A stretch of DNA of 64,000 nt from Amphiscolops sp. MND2022 (taxonomy: Eukaryota). Of the stretch, positions 1 through 19,353 are shown in pieces (position 1 is the first letter of the stretch; each line of letters starts with the position of its first letter). The stretch covers positions 31,250,001 through 31,314,000 of the forward strand of contig OZ076409.1 of NCBI GenBank assembly GCA_964187785.1, written 5' to 3'. Position numbers and translations under genes: made by a program. The notes beneath the pieces are model-generated. The model had not been told where the DNA came from. It saw nothing but the letters and a program-made list of their open reading frames with translations, and searched no databases.

Positions 1-493
1 AAACTGTCAGAGGTTTGCACAAAATGCCGAAAAGAAAAACCCTCGTTCAAGACCGTGGTAAGTTTGCTTATTTCAGTTACATCCTGGTTGTTTCGTCTTA
101 ATATACATAGTGGTAATGTAAGTGATAATATTCAACTCAAAACTGGTCACCTGGTTGAACATCCGTAAGGCTTACATTTGATTTTCGTATTTCCTAAAAA
201 GACTTCAAAATGAAATTAATGGAGTGGTAATCGAATTCAATGTTTTTGTTTCAGAATTCAGACCATCTACTGATCGTTACGTTGCTTCGATCATGAGCCA
301 CCATGTCCCTGCATACAGCTTGTAGTTGCGTACAGACTGAGTTGTGCTTAAAAAGTTCTCGATCATTGTTAACTTAACATGTAGAACTTTCTTGTCTCCG
401 AGTTATTTGTTGTGCTCAGTAAGTTGTACACTGTGGCTCGGTATAAACTTGTAGCTTGAAAAACTGCTCTGGATTTTTCGAATGACCGTCAAC

Positions 494-853
494 CAGGGGT
501 GTTAAATATTGCATTGCAATACTATTGCAATACTAATAAAACAATCTTTTGTTATTCTGAATTTTGTTGAAACAATAATTGCAATTATTGTGTCTATGAA
601 AAAGATTGTTTGAAAAACCAATCAAATCAATTTGTTGATCAAATTAACAACCGAAAATTGTTCGTTGATCATTATTAGTTTGACTGAAAAGTCCACCAAA
701 TTGGAAGTATTTGGTACCCAACTCATGTCTCCGAATTCTTTCCTTATTGTGAAAAATCAACAATGTATTGTATTTGATAACGTTCTGAAAATAATTATTG
801 TTTACAATTTTATTGCAATTATTGTGACCTAGAATAATTTTTTAACACCCCTG
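494..853. mobile_element. Non-autonomous hAT-like MITE (360 bp)
   Basis: TIRs CAGGGGTGTTAAA (494) and TTTAACACCCCTG (ends 853); identical 8-bp TSD CCGTCAAC at 486-493 and 854-861. Confidence 0.85.
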
Positions 854-2185
854 CCGTCAACAACCTGGTATTTTTTGTTCATAGCAAATTCAGCAAAACA
901 TTCAGCAAATTATTACGGCAAAGTCCAATTACCTCATAGTCTAGTTAAAATCATTATTTTAACTAATAATTTCACGGTAAAAAAATTGTTGTTGACCATT
1001 ATTCAATTATTAGGTTACTATTCATTCAATAAGCTAATGTGTACAATTTACCTTCGATTTATAGTGCATTCAAAGTTTGTACAGCCTTGATCGTTTGTAA
1101 GTTTGTAATGTTCTGAATTGTATCAACTGTGTTTTGGACAATTACTGTCGGAAATGTCGAGTAGTTGTTCCCAAAAAAAGAGGGACATCTACCGTCGGAA
1201 ATATCGGGTGGTTGTTTTCAAAAAAAAATATCAAATACCGTCAAAATCAATCATTGATGGCCGCCGGAAATCATCGGGTCATCGGAAGGGAGTTTCCAAT
1301 TAACTTCGCCTTTGTGCTCCCTTGCATCGTATGTTTTCTCTTTCAGTACATGCCGAGTATGAATAATAGAAGCAAAAGCCTCTTTGTTAAGGAGAAAAAC
1401 AGTGTTTAAGGTTGTTTAAGAATAGAAAAACGGTCAAACGTCCCAATTCAGATTCAGTTGTCTGTAACTTTTTCAATTTTCGTCTGAAAAATTTCAAAGT
1501 TAAACTAATGTAAACTAGAAGAAAATTTAAGAATAGTTTCCTTCTGACAATTTTACAAATTTTCAATCGATTCCGAAAAAATCGAGCCTGAAAATGCTCG
1601 GGGGGTGTTTTCCTAATCACAGTACTAGAGCTCTCAACCAATGAAATGAACATGTGGGCATCAATTAGCCAGTGATATCTACTCGTTCGTTCCGCCGGCG
1701 GCTGCTGTTTTTCAAAAGTTGATAAAAGTACTTCAAGTTGACTCAAGTTTGTTATGTTTGCTATAGACCAAGACTCAAGTTATTTTACTTATTCTTGACT
1801 CAGCTCGGAGAAGCAACATAAATACAGGTGACCTTTTGATCCGTCGTGAGCAAATATAAAACAGAGTTGCTAAACCATATTTTAAGTTAAGTACCAGCTC
1901 TGAGAAACTGTCTCTGTTTTCAACCACAGTATCCTTCTTTTCTTAGGATGTGTTTTCAGAAAGAAAACAACTTTCATTGAATATTGTATTTTGAATACAA
2001 AAATAGCACCAGTTTTATAATGGAATTTATGAACATTATAAAATCACAAAAAAATAATTGACAATAAAAAATTTATCTCTTGTAGAGCAAATAAATAATG
2101 AGTTTTGAAACTTTAAAGTTTCAAAAATAGTGGAAAAGTCGTTGAAATCGTTTCAACGAAACTTTGAGTCCCTCGGGTTCAGACA

Positions 2186-2710
2186 TTATTTCAGCCTGAG
2201 CAGGCATCCTTGTTTCCTGCAGAGTGGGCACTTCACCCAAAGGGCACGATCAGTGCTTTCCCTGTGAATCACAGTGATCAAAATTTTCGAACGATATCTA
2301 GAATGAGTTTGTTTTGTAACCACGTGTGTACCAAAAATTTCAGGAATACAAAAATGTAAAGGACACGCCTCAAAAAATTGATCAGTGAAAATTATCAGAA
2401 AGGAAAAGTGAAAACAGCTTCAATAACAATTTTTCAAAGCAAAGTTCTGTGAAACTTACCTCTCAAGCACTTTGATCCAGGCTTGACGGCACTGATTGCA
2501 TATCGCGTGTTTATCATGGAGAATGCAAAAACGCGAAAAGATCTTCTCTCCACAGACAGCGCAAAGCATTTCCAGTTGGTTAATGTGTTTCAGGTGGTCA
2601 ATAAGTACAATGATTTTTGAAAAGATATATCAGTCTTGTCACACGGTTGTTTGAAGATCGAATGGCCAACAATCGGCCCGGAACATATAGAACACGAAAG
2701 ATTTGAACTT
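2186..2710 (-). CDS. Spliced RING-finger-like gene, 5' end uncertain, absent from ORF track
   Basis: Exon ~2710-2460 reads LSCSICSG...EMLCAVCGEKIFSRFCILHDKHAICNQCRQAWIKVLE; GT-AG intron 2459-2298 (phase 2); exon 2297-2186 reads RYRSKILITVIHRESTDRALWVKCPLCRKQGCLLRLK*. Confidence 0.7.
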
Positions 2711-3185
2711 TATTTTGTCATTATCTTGTTTCTATGTACGAACAACTGGCTTTGTTTCATGATTTGACAACTTGCAAGTCCTTTTAATCCTTTCACTAAG
2801 TAACCACCTAGTTAATTTATAACCTCTGTACCTGTAACAAATAACCGTCTCCACTTATTATTTGGTTTAGTAAACCAACGCGGTACTTCGGTAGTGCCAC
2901 TTTCATTCATTTCAAAATAAGATGATAGTCAAGATGATTCTTTCATCTCAGTAATATGTCGATATAATTGTATTTGTTTCAATGGTTTCAAAAAATGAAA
3001 TAATTAATACTTTACAGAATTGAATGACGTACATATGTATGTTTACAAAGTTTATGGAATTAACAAAGTTCTTTCATTTATCACTACTAAAAAATTAATA
3101 ACGTACATATGTGGTTTTGATCCCTGTCGTGAGCAACATCAAGTTGTAACAAATAGTCTAACAAAATTCATTCATTTATCACTAC

Positions 3186-3474
3186 GAAAAAATTAATAAC
3201 GTACATATGTGGTTTTGATCCCTGTCGTGAGCAACATCAAGAGAAGTTGTAACAAATAATCTATACGAAGTTGAAACTTTATCAAATCGAAAACAGTAGT
3301 TTATGGAATACCGATCTTGAATTATTGAACTAAAAACGAAGTTTGGACCATGTGCCTTATCCTCCCTCAGATAAATACTGTTTCTTATCCAACAACACCC
3401 CCCCCATCCAAGACTTCCCAAACAAATGAAAGTAGGTCTCATAATGAAGGGGCGGTTGCTTCATTGAACTTGGT
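3186..3474. repeat. Dispersed ~200-290 bp repeat, copy 1 (others 8190-8480 and 55455-55654)
   Basis: Near-identical sequence in three places, also seen as the recurring pseudo-ORF GGCCWIRNSIYLREDKAHG; contains TTTTGATCCCTGTCGTGAGC. Confidence 0.85.
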
Positions 3475-4070
3475 TCTAAAACTCTGTTTGAGTCTAAAAC
3501 TCTCTATCAATCTGAAATGTCTATTACCAAATCTCCAAGTACTTAAACGATTATTTAATTACCACTGCAGTAAATTTAGAATTGAGGCGTGTTAAATAAG
3601 GACAACTGCCAGTGAAGGTGCCACAGGCTGTTCAGTGAAGGTTTGTCAAAAACTGCTGAGAAGTGCTTACACCGTGTAAGCATTAATTAACACCATTAAC
3701 ACCGTGACGATTAATTAATTACCACTGCAGGAAAGGGTAGATTTGAGGCATTTTAATTATGACTATTCAAATTTTGTCGATAACCGCAGCAAAGTCCTTA
3801 CACGAATAACTAATTACAATTACGAATTGAGGCTTTCTAATAATGATTTCTGAATTTCTGTCGAAAACTGAAAAGTCGATTCAGTCAAACCTTTTACAAC
3901 GATACTGTCAACTTGCTTTCATATCTCTCGCAATCATCAACTTCTGTTTTCATCAAATCTTAATTTCATAATCAACTTCTGAACTTGTCAAAAACAGCAA
4001 AGTCGAATCAGTCAATTCTTTCGCATCAATATTATCAACCTTCTTTCTCTCGCAATCATCAATATCTATC

Positions 4071-4508
4071 ATGTTCGATCCCGCAGCAATGCCAATCAGT
4101 TCGTGTATTCGTCCAATAGATGAAATGATCACAAACTGTGGACCACCACACAGAAAAAACGTGCGTTTTGCTGACTCAGCACCAATCTCGGACTCAACCA
4201 CCAATCAACTTGAAACAACTCCCACATATCCGAGAGCTTGGAGAATCAAAAGAAGGGCACCCATTCCTGAAACTCCAACTCAACTGGCACCCACTCTAAT
4301 GCACCCACTCCACCAAAAAGCAGTCACTACGGTAGGATCAAAAACAGTGAGGTTCTCTTTCATAGAAAGGGCTGTATCACCGAATGGAGAAGTATCAGAG
4401 TCAGTCATTTCCTTCAATGATTCGGAAACCAATCCTTGTGACGAATACTGGAAACCTGAGGCTCTCGACGACAGGCCGTACATAATGAACTGCCGAACAA
4501 CACGATAG
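4071..4508 (+). CDS. 145-aa protein with two RVxF-type motifs (RKNVRFAD, KTVRFSF); paralogue of 18928-19353
   Basis: ATG-to-stop ORF; second copy keeps start, stop and frame despite indels; ~0.5 kb of upstream sequence also shared (from 3550 and 18583). Confidence 0.6.
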   Translation: MFDPAAMPISSCIRPIDEMITNCGPPHRKNVRFADSAPISDSTTNQLETTPTYPRAWRIKRRAPIPETPTQLAPTLMHPLHQKAVTTVGSKTVRFSFIERAVSPNGEVSESVISFNDSETNPCDEYWKPEALDDRPYIMNCRTTR

Positions 4509-5015
4509 AATTTAAAGTTATTATTCTGCTCTTCTAGTACAGTTGACACAACTGTACTAGAAGAGCAGAATAGTAATTTTAAATGTAACCAGGGCTACCT
4601 AAAAAATAATGGATCAAACCATTATCTTTGATAAATAATTTATTTCTAGTATATTTCCATTCAGATAATTTATTTCTGTCATTCGAAAAATACCATAATT
4701 TTTTCGGAATTTTCCATTATTTTAGAAATAAAATGATCTACAAAGCAAATAAAGGCGACGCTACCACCAAGGCAGCTTGCCGTATGTAGGCTTTTGTAAA
4801 TTTCTAACATATGCGAAATTATTTCATATAATTTAAAATTATGGCCATAATTTATTTATTTGAGAAAATATTGTTATTTATGGGCATTAAATCTAAAATA
4901 AATCTATAAATATAAAATTAAATGAAAAAAACTAAAAGAATTTTTCGCAAGCCCTGAATGTAACATCGGTTCTAAAATCATTTCTGAATGTGGACGAAAC
5001 AGTTTGGCTTCAGTA

Positions 5016-5386
5016 CAGGGGTGTTCATTATTGTATTGTAATTTAAATCTAAGCCTACGAAAATCAATAATTCAATTTTCCACAAAAATCAATAATTGAA
5101 ATTATTGTGCTCAAAAACAAACTGATGAAGAAACTTAAATTGCTCTGCGAACTTTGAAAGTTTCTTTCTATAATAAGTCATCATAAATCTCGCTCGAGAG
5201 GATTTTTTTCAAGTAACCAACTTTTTCGATTTGTTAATGTTACACTGCAATTAATAATTTCCCCCACAGGATTACGAGCAATCAATAATTGTTGGAAAAC
5301 AGAGACGTAGAATCAATAATTGTAATTGTTTAACTTAAATTGAATTGCAATATTTGTTCTTTGCAATAATTAGTTGAACACCCCTG
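5016..5386. mobile_element. hAT-like MITE (371 bp), same family as 494-853
   Basis: TIRs CAGGGGTGTTCA and TGAACACCCCTG; 8-bp TSD CTTCAGTA at 5008-5015 and 5387-5394. Confidence 0.85.
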
Positions 5387-5619
5387 CTTCAGTATCTCAG
5401 TATCGGATGCGAATTTTACCTCCGGGGTAAAATTCGCATCAGATACTGAGATACTGAAGCCAAAACTGTTCGTCCAATCAGATTTTAGAACCAACCAACG
5501 AGTCGTCATCTGGAAGGACAAATTTTTCTGATGATCAACTTGCAAAGCGAACAAAAGATCGGTCGTCTCGACACGAACTTCTAGACCTATTACACAGTCT
5601 GAAATCCAACCTGTCAAAC

Positions 5620-6930
5620 TTGAAAGCGAATGGTCAATGTGTGAACAACTTCTTGACTCAAGGACGACCTTCGGTGGACGAAATTGAAGATCTTTCCTGC
5701 CCACTTGAAGAATGGATGGAGGAAATTGAACCCTTGGTTTCCCACTTCAATGCCCAAAACTTCGCAACCCTCAGTGAGGAGAATTTGAAGCAAGAACAAA
5801 ACAAATGCCTGGAACTTCAAGAAGGGGTTCAAGCTCAGATAATCTCAATTGGCAAGTTACAGAAGAATATGTTGAGGCCTTGTACAGTAGTGATATTATT
5901 AAAAGCAACAAAAGGCAAACCTCAAAACCGAATATCTCTAAAACAGCAGCGATTTTTGAAAAATGATAAAGTGAAAGTTTCTTAGATTTTTGTCTAGTTT
6001 TCAAATAGGTTTGTTTGAAGACTATGCGATGAAAATTGTAGAAGTTACGATAGGCCATTTTTAGCCAAATTTAGGTCAAAATTGAGGTTTTTCTCACTTT
6101 TGGGCTACTTTTCCCCAAAATTTTTGAAAAAATTTTTGTTCAATTGACCCCCCTGATTTAACTGAAGCTCCTGATATGTTTTGATTTAGAAATCATCTTA
6201 AAATCGTAAAGAAAATGCGCTGTAAAATTGAACTTTTTCGAAAATACATGTATTAAGATACGATTTTGAAATATAACCACTTAAAACAAGCTCGTACTAA
6301 TACAATTTACAATATTTTCGAGAAAAAATTATATTGTCAGATTCAAAATGTTTGGGAGAAATTTTCTGTTAAAATTGTTTTGAAATCAAAAATTTGTAAG
6401 TGGGTCAAAAATTCAAAAAACTAAAAAAATGATGTTTTGGAAATCGCTCTCGACCAATGAAATGAGCGCGTGAGACGTTATTTAGTCAATGAGATTTGTT
6501 TATTTGCTCTCTTTCCGCGTGCTTTGTTGCTTAATAATATAGTTGTTGTAGTAATAATAATATCACTACAGTACAAAACCCTTCAAAACTCACAGATTCA
6601 GAACAGCACCCAAGATAACGAATCAGTGGCTAGTTTGAGCGACCGCGTGATCGGAATCATGAACAGATACAACGCCATTTCTTCCAACGTGGAGGAAAGA
6701 GCGCAACAACTGTATTTCGACATAGAGGAGTCCTTACAGGTATTGAGATTGTGATTGTTATGTATCCGAAGAAACCGAAAGAACAGCTGAAGAATCTATC
6801 GCAAGTTAGAACAAATCTGGAGGACACCGGTGCCGAAATTGACAAGATCAAGGCCAACGCTGAGCAAATGTTGAAGAGTAATCCTCACAATCAAATTTAT
6901 TATATCGAACAATATATTGTCAATTCATGA
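5620..6930 (+). pseudogene. Possible decayed multi-exon coiled-coil gene
   Basis: Helical, charged peptides at 5650-5850 (SVDEIEDLSCPLEEWMEEIEP...) and 6600-6930 (SLSDRVIGIMNRYN..., KEQLKNLSQVRTNLEDTGAEIDKIK) in different frames. Confidence 0.3.
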
Positions 6931-6957
6931 TATTATTCATTTATTAATTAAAAATAG

Positions 6958-7150
6958 AATTGATATTATTCAATAAAAAATTAATAACGTACATATGTGG
7001 TTTTGATCCCTGTCGTGAGCAACATCAAGAAACGTTGTAACTGGAGTAACTATCATAGTTACTCCAGTTACAACGTTTCTTGATGTTGCTGACGACAGGG
7101 ATCAAAACCACATATGTACGTTATTAATTTTTTATTGAATAATATCAATT
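6958..7150. repeat. Long palindrome with ~96-bp arms and 1-nt centre at 7054
   Basis: Centre GAGTAACTAT-C-ATAGTTACTC; arms are reverse complements with one mismatch. Confidence 0.95.
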
Positions 7151-7436
7151 ATATTTTTATTTCTGATCATAAAAAAATTATGATGAAAAAAATTATATTT
7201 CTAATTTTTGATAAATTGAACAAGTAATTTTTGTCGAGCACAAATTCTAGCTGAGATTACAAATCTCAACGAAAAAACTTTTGCCCATTTTGATGTAGTT
7301 TTAAAGAGGCTCTCAGTTTGGGGATCACATAGTGTCGCCCGTAACAAGACCCACGACGCGAACGTGGCCTCTGAAGGGTCTCAAAACCTAATTTACAAAT
7401 TCTACAAAATTATACTAACTACACTTTTACAAAAAT

Positions 7437-7806
7437 TTAATTATACAAAATGCTATTTACAGGTAATCTACAGTAAGGACATCTAACAAGGTCTGCACTC
7501 GCTAAACTATCTAAATAGTGTTTTATACACTCTCTACAAGCTAAATGTAATTTATGTTCTAGGTGAAAACTTTGTAATTCTACTATTCTAAAGTTTTCGT
7601 AGCAGATCATGCATTCTTTATTCTTCGAAGCAGCAGATTTCTTCACCCTCATCGATTGGGCTATTCAGAATGTTGGCTGTTGATTTAGAATGGCGAAAGG
7701 ATAGAAGGAAGAATAAGAATAAGAATGAAATTTTAAAGACTTGTAGAGATTTTAGAGATTTGTATAGAGCGAGGGAAGAAATGAGTGAAAAAATGAAAGA
7801 CTTCAC
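7437..7806 (-). pseudogene. Intronless RING-finger ORF with hydrophobic N-terminus, apparently frameshifted
   Basis: CMICYENF...HLEHKLHLACRECIKHYL...VRCPYCRLPV (7437-7652); overlapping upstream frame 7618-7806 is hydrophobic. Confidence 0.6.
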
Positions 7807-7923
7807 GAAAAAGTTTCAATTTCGTAAATCCTTTCACGAACCATGCCGGGACTGAACGAAATTTTCACCGATACCGAACACCTGTGACGTCATAATTAAC
7901 TGTATTGCATTTCTGATGCGCGC

Positions 7924-8056
7924 TAACCTTTCAGCTATATCGCCTTGAAAGAAATCAATTACCATTCGCAAATGTTGAAGAGTCACTCTTCAACATTTGC
8001 GAATGGCCCGTTCCCGGGGAATTGATTCCTTTCAAGGCGATATAGCTGAAAGGTTA
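7924..8056. repeat. Nested palindrome, inner centre at 7984
   Basis: Outer arms TAACCTTTCAGCTATATCGCCTTGAAAG and CTTTCAAGGCGATATAGCTGAAAGGTTA; inner CCATTCGCAAATGTTGAAGAGT-C-ACTCTTCAACATTTGCGAATGG. Confidence 0.9.
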
Positions 8057-8504
8057 TAATAAATAAAAATAAATAAAAATAAAAATAAATGAATTAAAAT
8101 ATACAAATAATGAATTCGATTGTGAGGATTCATGATATTATTCATTTATTCAATCGATTAAAAATTAATTGATGTTTATTGATATTATTCAATAAAAAAT
8201 TAATAACGTACATATTTGGTTTTGATCCCTGTTGTGAGCATTATCAAGAGAAGTTGTAACAAATAATCTATACGAAGTTGAAACTTTATCAAATCGAAAA
8301 CAGTAGTTTATGGAATACCGATCTTGAATTATTGAACTAAAAACGAAGTTTGGACCATGTGCCTTATCCTCCCTCAGATAAATACTGTTTCTTATCCAAC
8401 AACACCCCCCCATCCAAGACTTCCCAAACAAATGAAAGTAGGTCTCATAATGAAGGGGCAGTTGCTTCATTGAACTTGGTAATTTTGGTCCCTGTCGTGA
8501 GCAC

Positions 8505-8876
8505 TTCCTGTAGTCAGATTTACTGTTTATGCGATTTGATACTGTGTAGGCGAATCAAGCAGTGTAGTTACGAGTCGGCGTGTGTAGCTCACCAGTAAAA
8601 ACCCGTAATTGCCAGAACTATGTGTAAATATGAGATGCACAGTGTAGTTAGTCAAATTGCTTAAACTAGTCATATGGTGTAAGCTAGTCAATTACTGTAC
8701 TATCCAATGGTGTAAACTAGTCAACGTACGTAGCAAAATCAACGAGTGTAATGGCCTATCAATGCGCGTAATGTGAGAAAAGTGTAAAACTTCCAAAAAA
8801 AATATTCGCGCTCTGATTGGACAAAAATCGAACTAGCAGGATCCTGCTAGTTCGTACCGGCATGTGTATCGTAATG
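8505..8876. mobile_element. Right end of a TIR DNA element (terminus GTGTATCGTAATG)
   Basis: 8855-8876 is the reverse complement of CATTACGATACAC.T.CCGGT at 54737 and 63891; shares TAGTCAA and GTAGCAAAATCA sub-repeats with 54790-54960; 26-bp palindrome at 8829-8854. Confidence 0.7.
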
Positions 8877-15230
<6,354 letters not shown>

Positions 15231-18200
15231 GATCGCAATGACAAAACAAAGAAAAATCCGTTGGCAGCATGACATTTCAAAGCGTCCTCATTGGCCGCAG
15301 TGACAACATAAAATGCCCTTACAACCCGGTAGTAACGTTTAAATTGTCATTGTCTTGTTACTACCGCACTTGGTATTGAAGACATTTTAAAGAATTTCTA
15401 CATAAACAATTGCATTTCACGCCAGATGGCCAAAAGTGTTCCCGGATTAAATCTCGTTCAACCTGTATCAACCCTAATCAACCCCTCCGGTTCATGTGTA
15501 TCTAAATAGAGATTTGAATTGTTTTTCCCTATTAAAGAAATGGGCATGACTTGGCTTTACACGGTATTCCCGTTTTAGTGTAATTGAATACAGATCTGAA
15601 TTGTTTTTCAAACAGTTTTCGTTTTATTTTTTTCGAACTTGACGAAAATAGGTAATTCTAAAACTTCAAAAAACTCTCCTAACAAAACTACTCAGGGGAT
15701 CACGTTTATATTTTGCAAAGGATGTCTTGATACCCTCCAAAATAAACGTTTGGTTTTTGAATTCAGAGAAAACAAGTCTTTTTGTTTTTAGGGTCCTTAA
15801 GGTGTTTCCAATTTTGAGACCCGAAGGAAGTCTTTTCGTTTTCAAGGTCCTTAAGTTGTTTCCAGTTTTGAGACCCGAAGGAGGCCACGTCTCGTCGTGG
15901 GTCTCGTCAAGTGTGATACTATGTATCTCACGAGCTGAGAGCCTCCCTAAAAATACAGCATAAGGATTTCGGCAAGCAATTTCTGTGACCTATGTGCACA
16001 TGTAGCTGCCATGTCCGACATTCTTACTACAGTCCGGAGCCATTGTGAAAAAAGTTTAGACAAAGGAATGTTATTTTTGAACTTCCATTTATTGTCAAGT
16101 TTTCGAGCTGTTTCAAAGATTTCTGTTGAATAGGATGATCTGAAAAATGCCAAGAGAGAAACAATTTTTGTGAGTTCTTTATTAAGTTGGCAAATCGAGC
16201 ACGTGTCAATCATTCATATCAACGTCGATCAAGAATCGAGAATCAACCTTGAAGGCGGGTCTTTGAAAACATTTGAACAAATGTTCGACTTTTGCTCTTT
16301 TGCCACATGGTCTAATTGAAAAGCAGTCGCTGAAAAAATTCTTGAATTTCTTCATCAATTATACTTATTCTTCAACCCTCATTCGTTTGTCATTTTGTCT
16401 AGAAGAGTTTACACTTCTACTGTGAAGATGTCTCAAAGGTGAGCTTTCAGAAGTAAACTTAAAATCACGTTCAAAAAGATTTCACATGTGAGAAACCCAA
16501 AAGGTATTTCTCCACAAAAATAAAGAAGTCTAGATCTTCAAAACCTCTCCCAACTAAATTACCCGCATGTTCATCTTCAAAGTGTTCCAAGGCTTTTAAT
16601 TTTTGATTTGAGAAACCACAAGTGTTTGCAATTTCTAACGTCATTTGCTGTCGTATTTTTTTATTTGGAGAAAATAGGCCATTTTAGAACTTCAAAAAAC
16701 TCTCCCAACAAAAATACTCAGAGGATCGCCTTCAAAATTTGGAAAAGATGTCTTAGTACCCTCAAAAGCAAACGTTTGGTTTTTGATTTGAGAGAACACA
16801 AGTGCTTGCAATTTTTAAGGTCACTTGCTCTCTTGTTTTTCTTGTAAATTGGAGATAATAGGCCATTTTAGAACTTCAAAAAACTCTCCCAACAAAACTA
16901 TTCAGGGGATCGCCTTCAAAATTTGCAAAAGATGTCTTAGTACCCTCAAAAGCAAACGTTTGGTTTTTGTTTTGAGAGAACACAAGTGCTTGCAATTTTT
17001 AAGGTCACTTGCTCTCTTGTTGTTCTTGTAATGTGGAGAAAAAAAGTTTAAAATTTCAAAATTTGTTCTTTTAGTTTTGAGTGTTAGGTAAAATTACACT
17101 TAAGATTACAAGAAATGTGTTATTTGGAGTCTTGTTTACGAAAGACTGCTACTGCGAACTTTAGTTTTTCGTAGATTCGCTTTATTTCGTTTGCGTTTAA
17201 ATTGATGCCTGCCTCTTCGCATCTTCGTCGAACTTCATTCTCGGGCACTGTATGACGGCAATGCTTGAAGAGCAAGCATGCTTTTTTCTGATTTTCCGTC
17301 CATTCCATTCCGCCTTTCCTAACTCTAAAGTTTGTCAGGGACGTGTAGAATTTCGTTTCAGCCGTCATTTTATAAGGTTCATTCCACGAATCTCTCTGGG
17401 GTTTCGTTTTTGGGGCACGAGGCGTGGGTGATTCAAGTGGTGTGCGAGGCGTGGAGGCTTCAAGTGTAGTGGGATGCGGATGCCGCCCGTAGTCTGCTGC
17501 TACTGTGGTTGGTTGCAAAGAATCCCGGGCTAAATTGAATCTTGTACAAGATTCAATTTTTTCAATGGGCTGCATCGTTTGTTCACCTGCAACCTCATCT
17601 TCTTGATCTTCGAAATCAGAGGAAACGGGTTCGTCAAAGGAAGGTGGCGAAAACGTGTCCACAATACCGTCTTCATCGTTGCCTCGATTCAATAATCGAT
17701 CCGAGTAAATTTTTAGAACTTGCATTCTTTCTTCTCGAGTCCCATTTTTGTGAAGGTATTTTTCCTTGGCAGTTTTCTCGCTATGAGCGGTTTGTGCCAG
17801 ATGAGCTGTATTTACTCCTTCACTAACAGTTCCTTTTATCACTGTCCAATGTCTTTCCCAAAATTTCCGAATAGAGTTTGCGTTATACCTCACTTTGTCA
17901 GGGTCATCGCCAAACAAATCTTTGAACACCTCCTGTAGGCCCCGACAAATGCTGGATTCGACTTTGTTCACCCTTGAGGCAAAAATTAACGTTGGTTCCA
18001 TTTGATACTCTTGGATGTACTTCGCTTTCATGGCCCTCAGAAACTTCCGTTGATCGGGTTGGATATATAAATGTACGGTGTAAAATTTCCCGGTTTTATG
18101 GCGGTTGGTAGTCAATTCTTGATTGGTTGCTTCAATCTCTTCGAATTCTGCCCATGTGAGGTGGAGTATTGGCCCAGATCTGGAAAACAAAATTGATTTC

Positions 18201-18927
18201 AAATTCAACAGTCATAGACAGTAGAAGGTTCGAACTTCAAAAACAAAATTTGCAAAATGTTTTCCCTTACGCTGTTTGGCAACACTTTTAGCTCAACGAA
18301 AAAACACCAACCTAGTATTAATACGTCCTTGGAGGATGAAAAAGTTCAGCACTTGCTGGACTCTGTAGGGCATATCGTTTGAGTCCAGATTTTTCTCCAA
18401 CAATTCTAGCACCTGACGATATCGTTCTCGAACCTGCGAATTGTTTGGCACCTGTGCTAGCATTCGCTCCGACGTCTGCCTTGCATTCTCATTCGCTGCC
18501 GGGCTGAAAGCTTTTCGGGAGTCCCGAATTGCGGCTTTCATCGTTTCTGGGCTGCTACCTACAGAAAATTTTAATGAATAACGATTATTTAATTACCACT
18601 GCAGTAAATTTAGAATTGAGGCGTGTTTAATAAGGACAACTGCCAGTGAAGGTGCCACAGGCTGTAAACCTGTATAACCGCAGCAAAGTCGTTACACGAT
18701 TAACTAATTACAAATACGAATTGAGGCTTTCTAATAATGACTTCTGAATTTCTGTCGAAAACTGAAAAGTCGATTCAGTCAAACCTTTTGCATCGATACT
18801 GTCAACTTGCTTTCAATTCTATTAATATTGTCAACCTTCTTCTTTCGCAATCATCAACTTCTGTTCATCTTAATTTCATAATCAGTCAATCAGATACTTC
18901 TTTCTCTCGCAATCATCAATATCTATC

Positions 18928-19353
18928 ATGTTCGATCCCGCAGCAATGCCAATCAGGTCGTGTATTCGTCCAATAGATGAACTGATCTCGAACTGTGGAC
19001 CACCACACAGAAAAAACGTGCGTTTTGCGGACTCAACCACCGTGGTGACCAATCAACTTGAAACATCTCCGACACATCCGAGAGCTTGGAGGATCAAAAG
19101 AAGCGCACCCATTCCTGACAACCCACTCCCAACAACTCCACCCACTCTAATCTCCGGGAACAAAAAAGCAGTAGTTCCGGGAACAAAAACAGTGAGGTTC
19201 TCTTTCATAGAAAGAGCTTTATCACCGAATGGAGAAGTATCAGAGTCCGTCATTTCTTTCAATGACTCGGAAACCAATCATTGTGATGAATACTGGAAAC
19301 CTGGGGCTCTCGACGACAAGCCGTATATAATGAACTGCCGAACAACAAGATAG
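18928..19353 (+). CDS. 141-aa RVxF-motif protein nested antisense in intron 2 of the SET-YR gene
   Basis: Clear paralogue of 4071-4508 (MFDPAAMPI...RKNVRFAD...KTVRFSF...YIMNCRTTR); lies within intron 20103-18559. Confidence 0.6.
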   Translation: MFDPAAMPIRSCIRPIDELISNCGPPHRKNVRFADSTTVVTNQLETSPTHPRAWRIKRSAPIPDNPLPTTPPTLISGNKKAVVPGTKTVRFSFIERALSPNGEVSESVISFNDSETNHCDEYWKPGALDDKPYIMNCRTTR

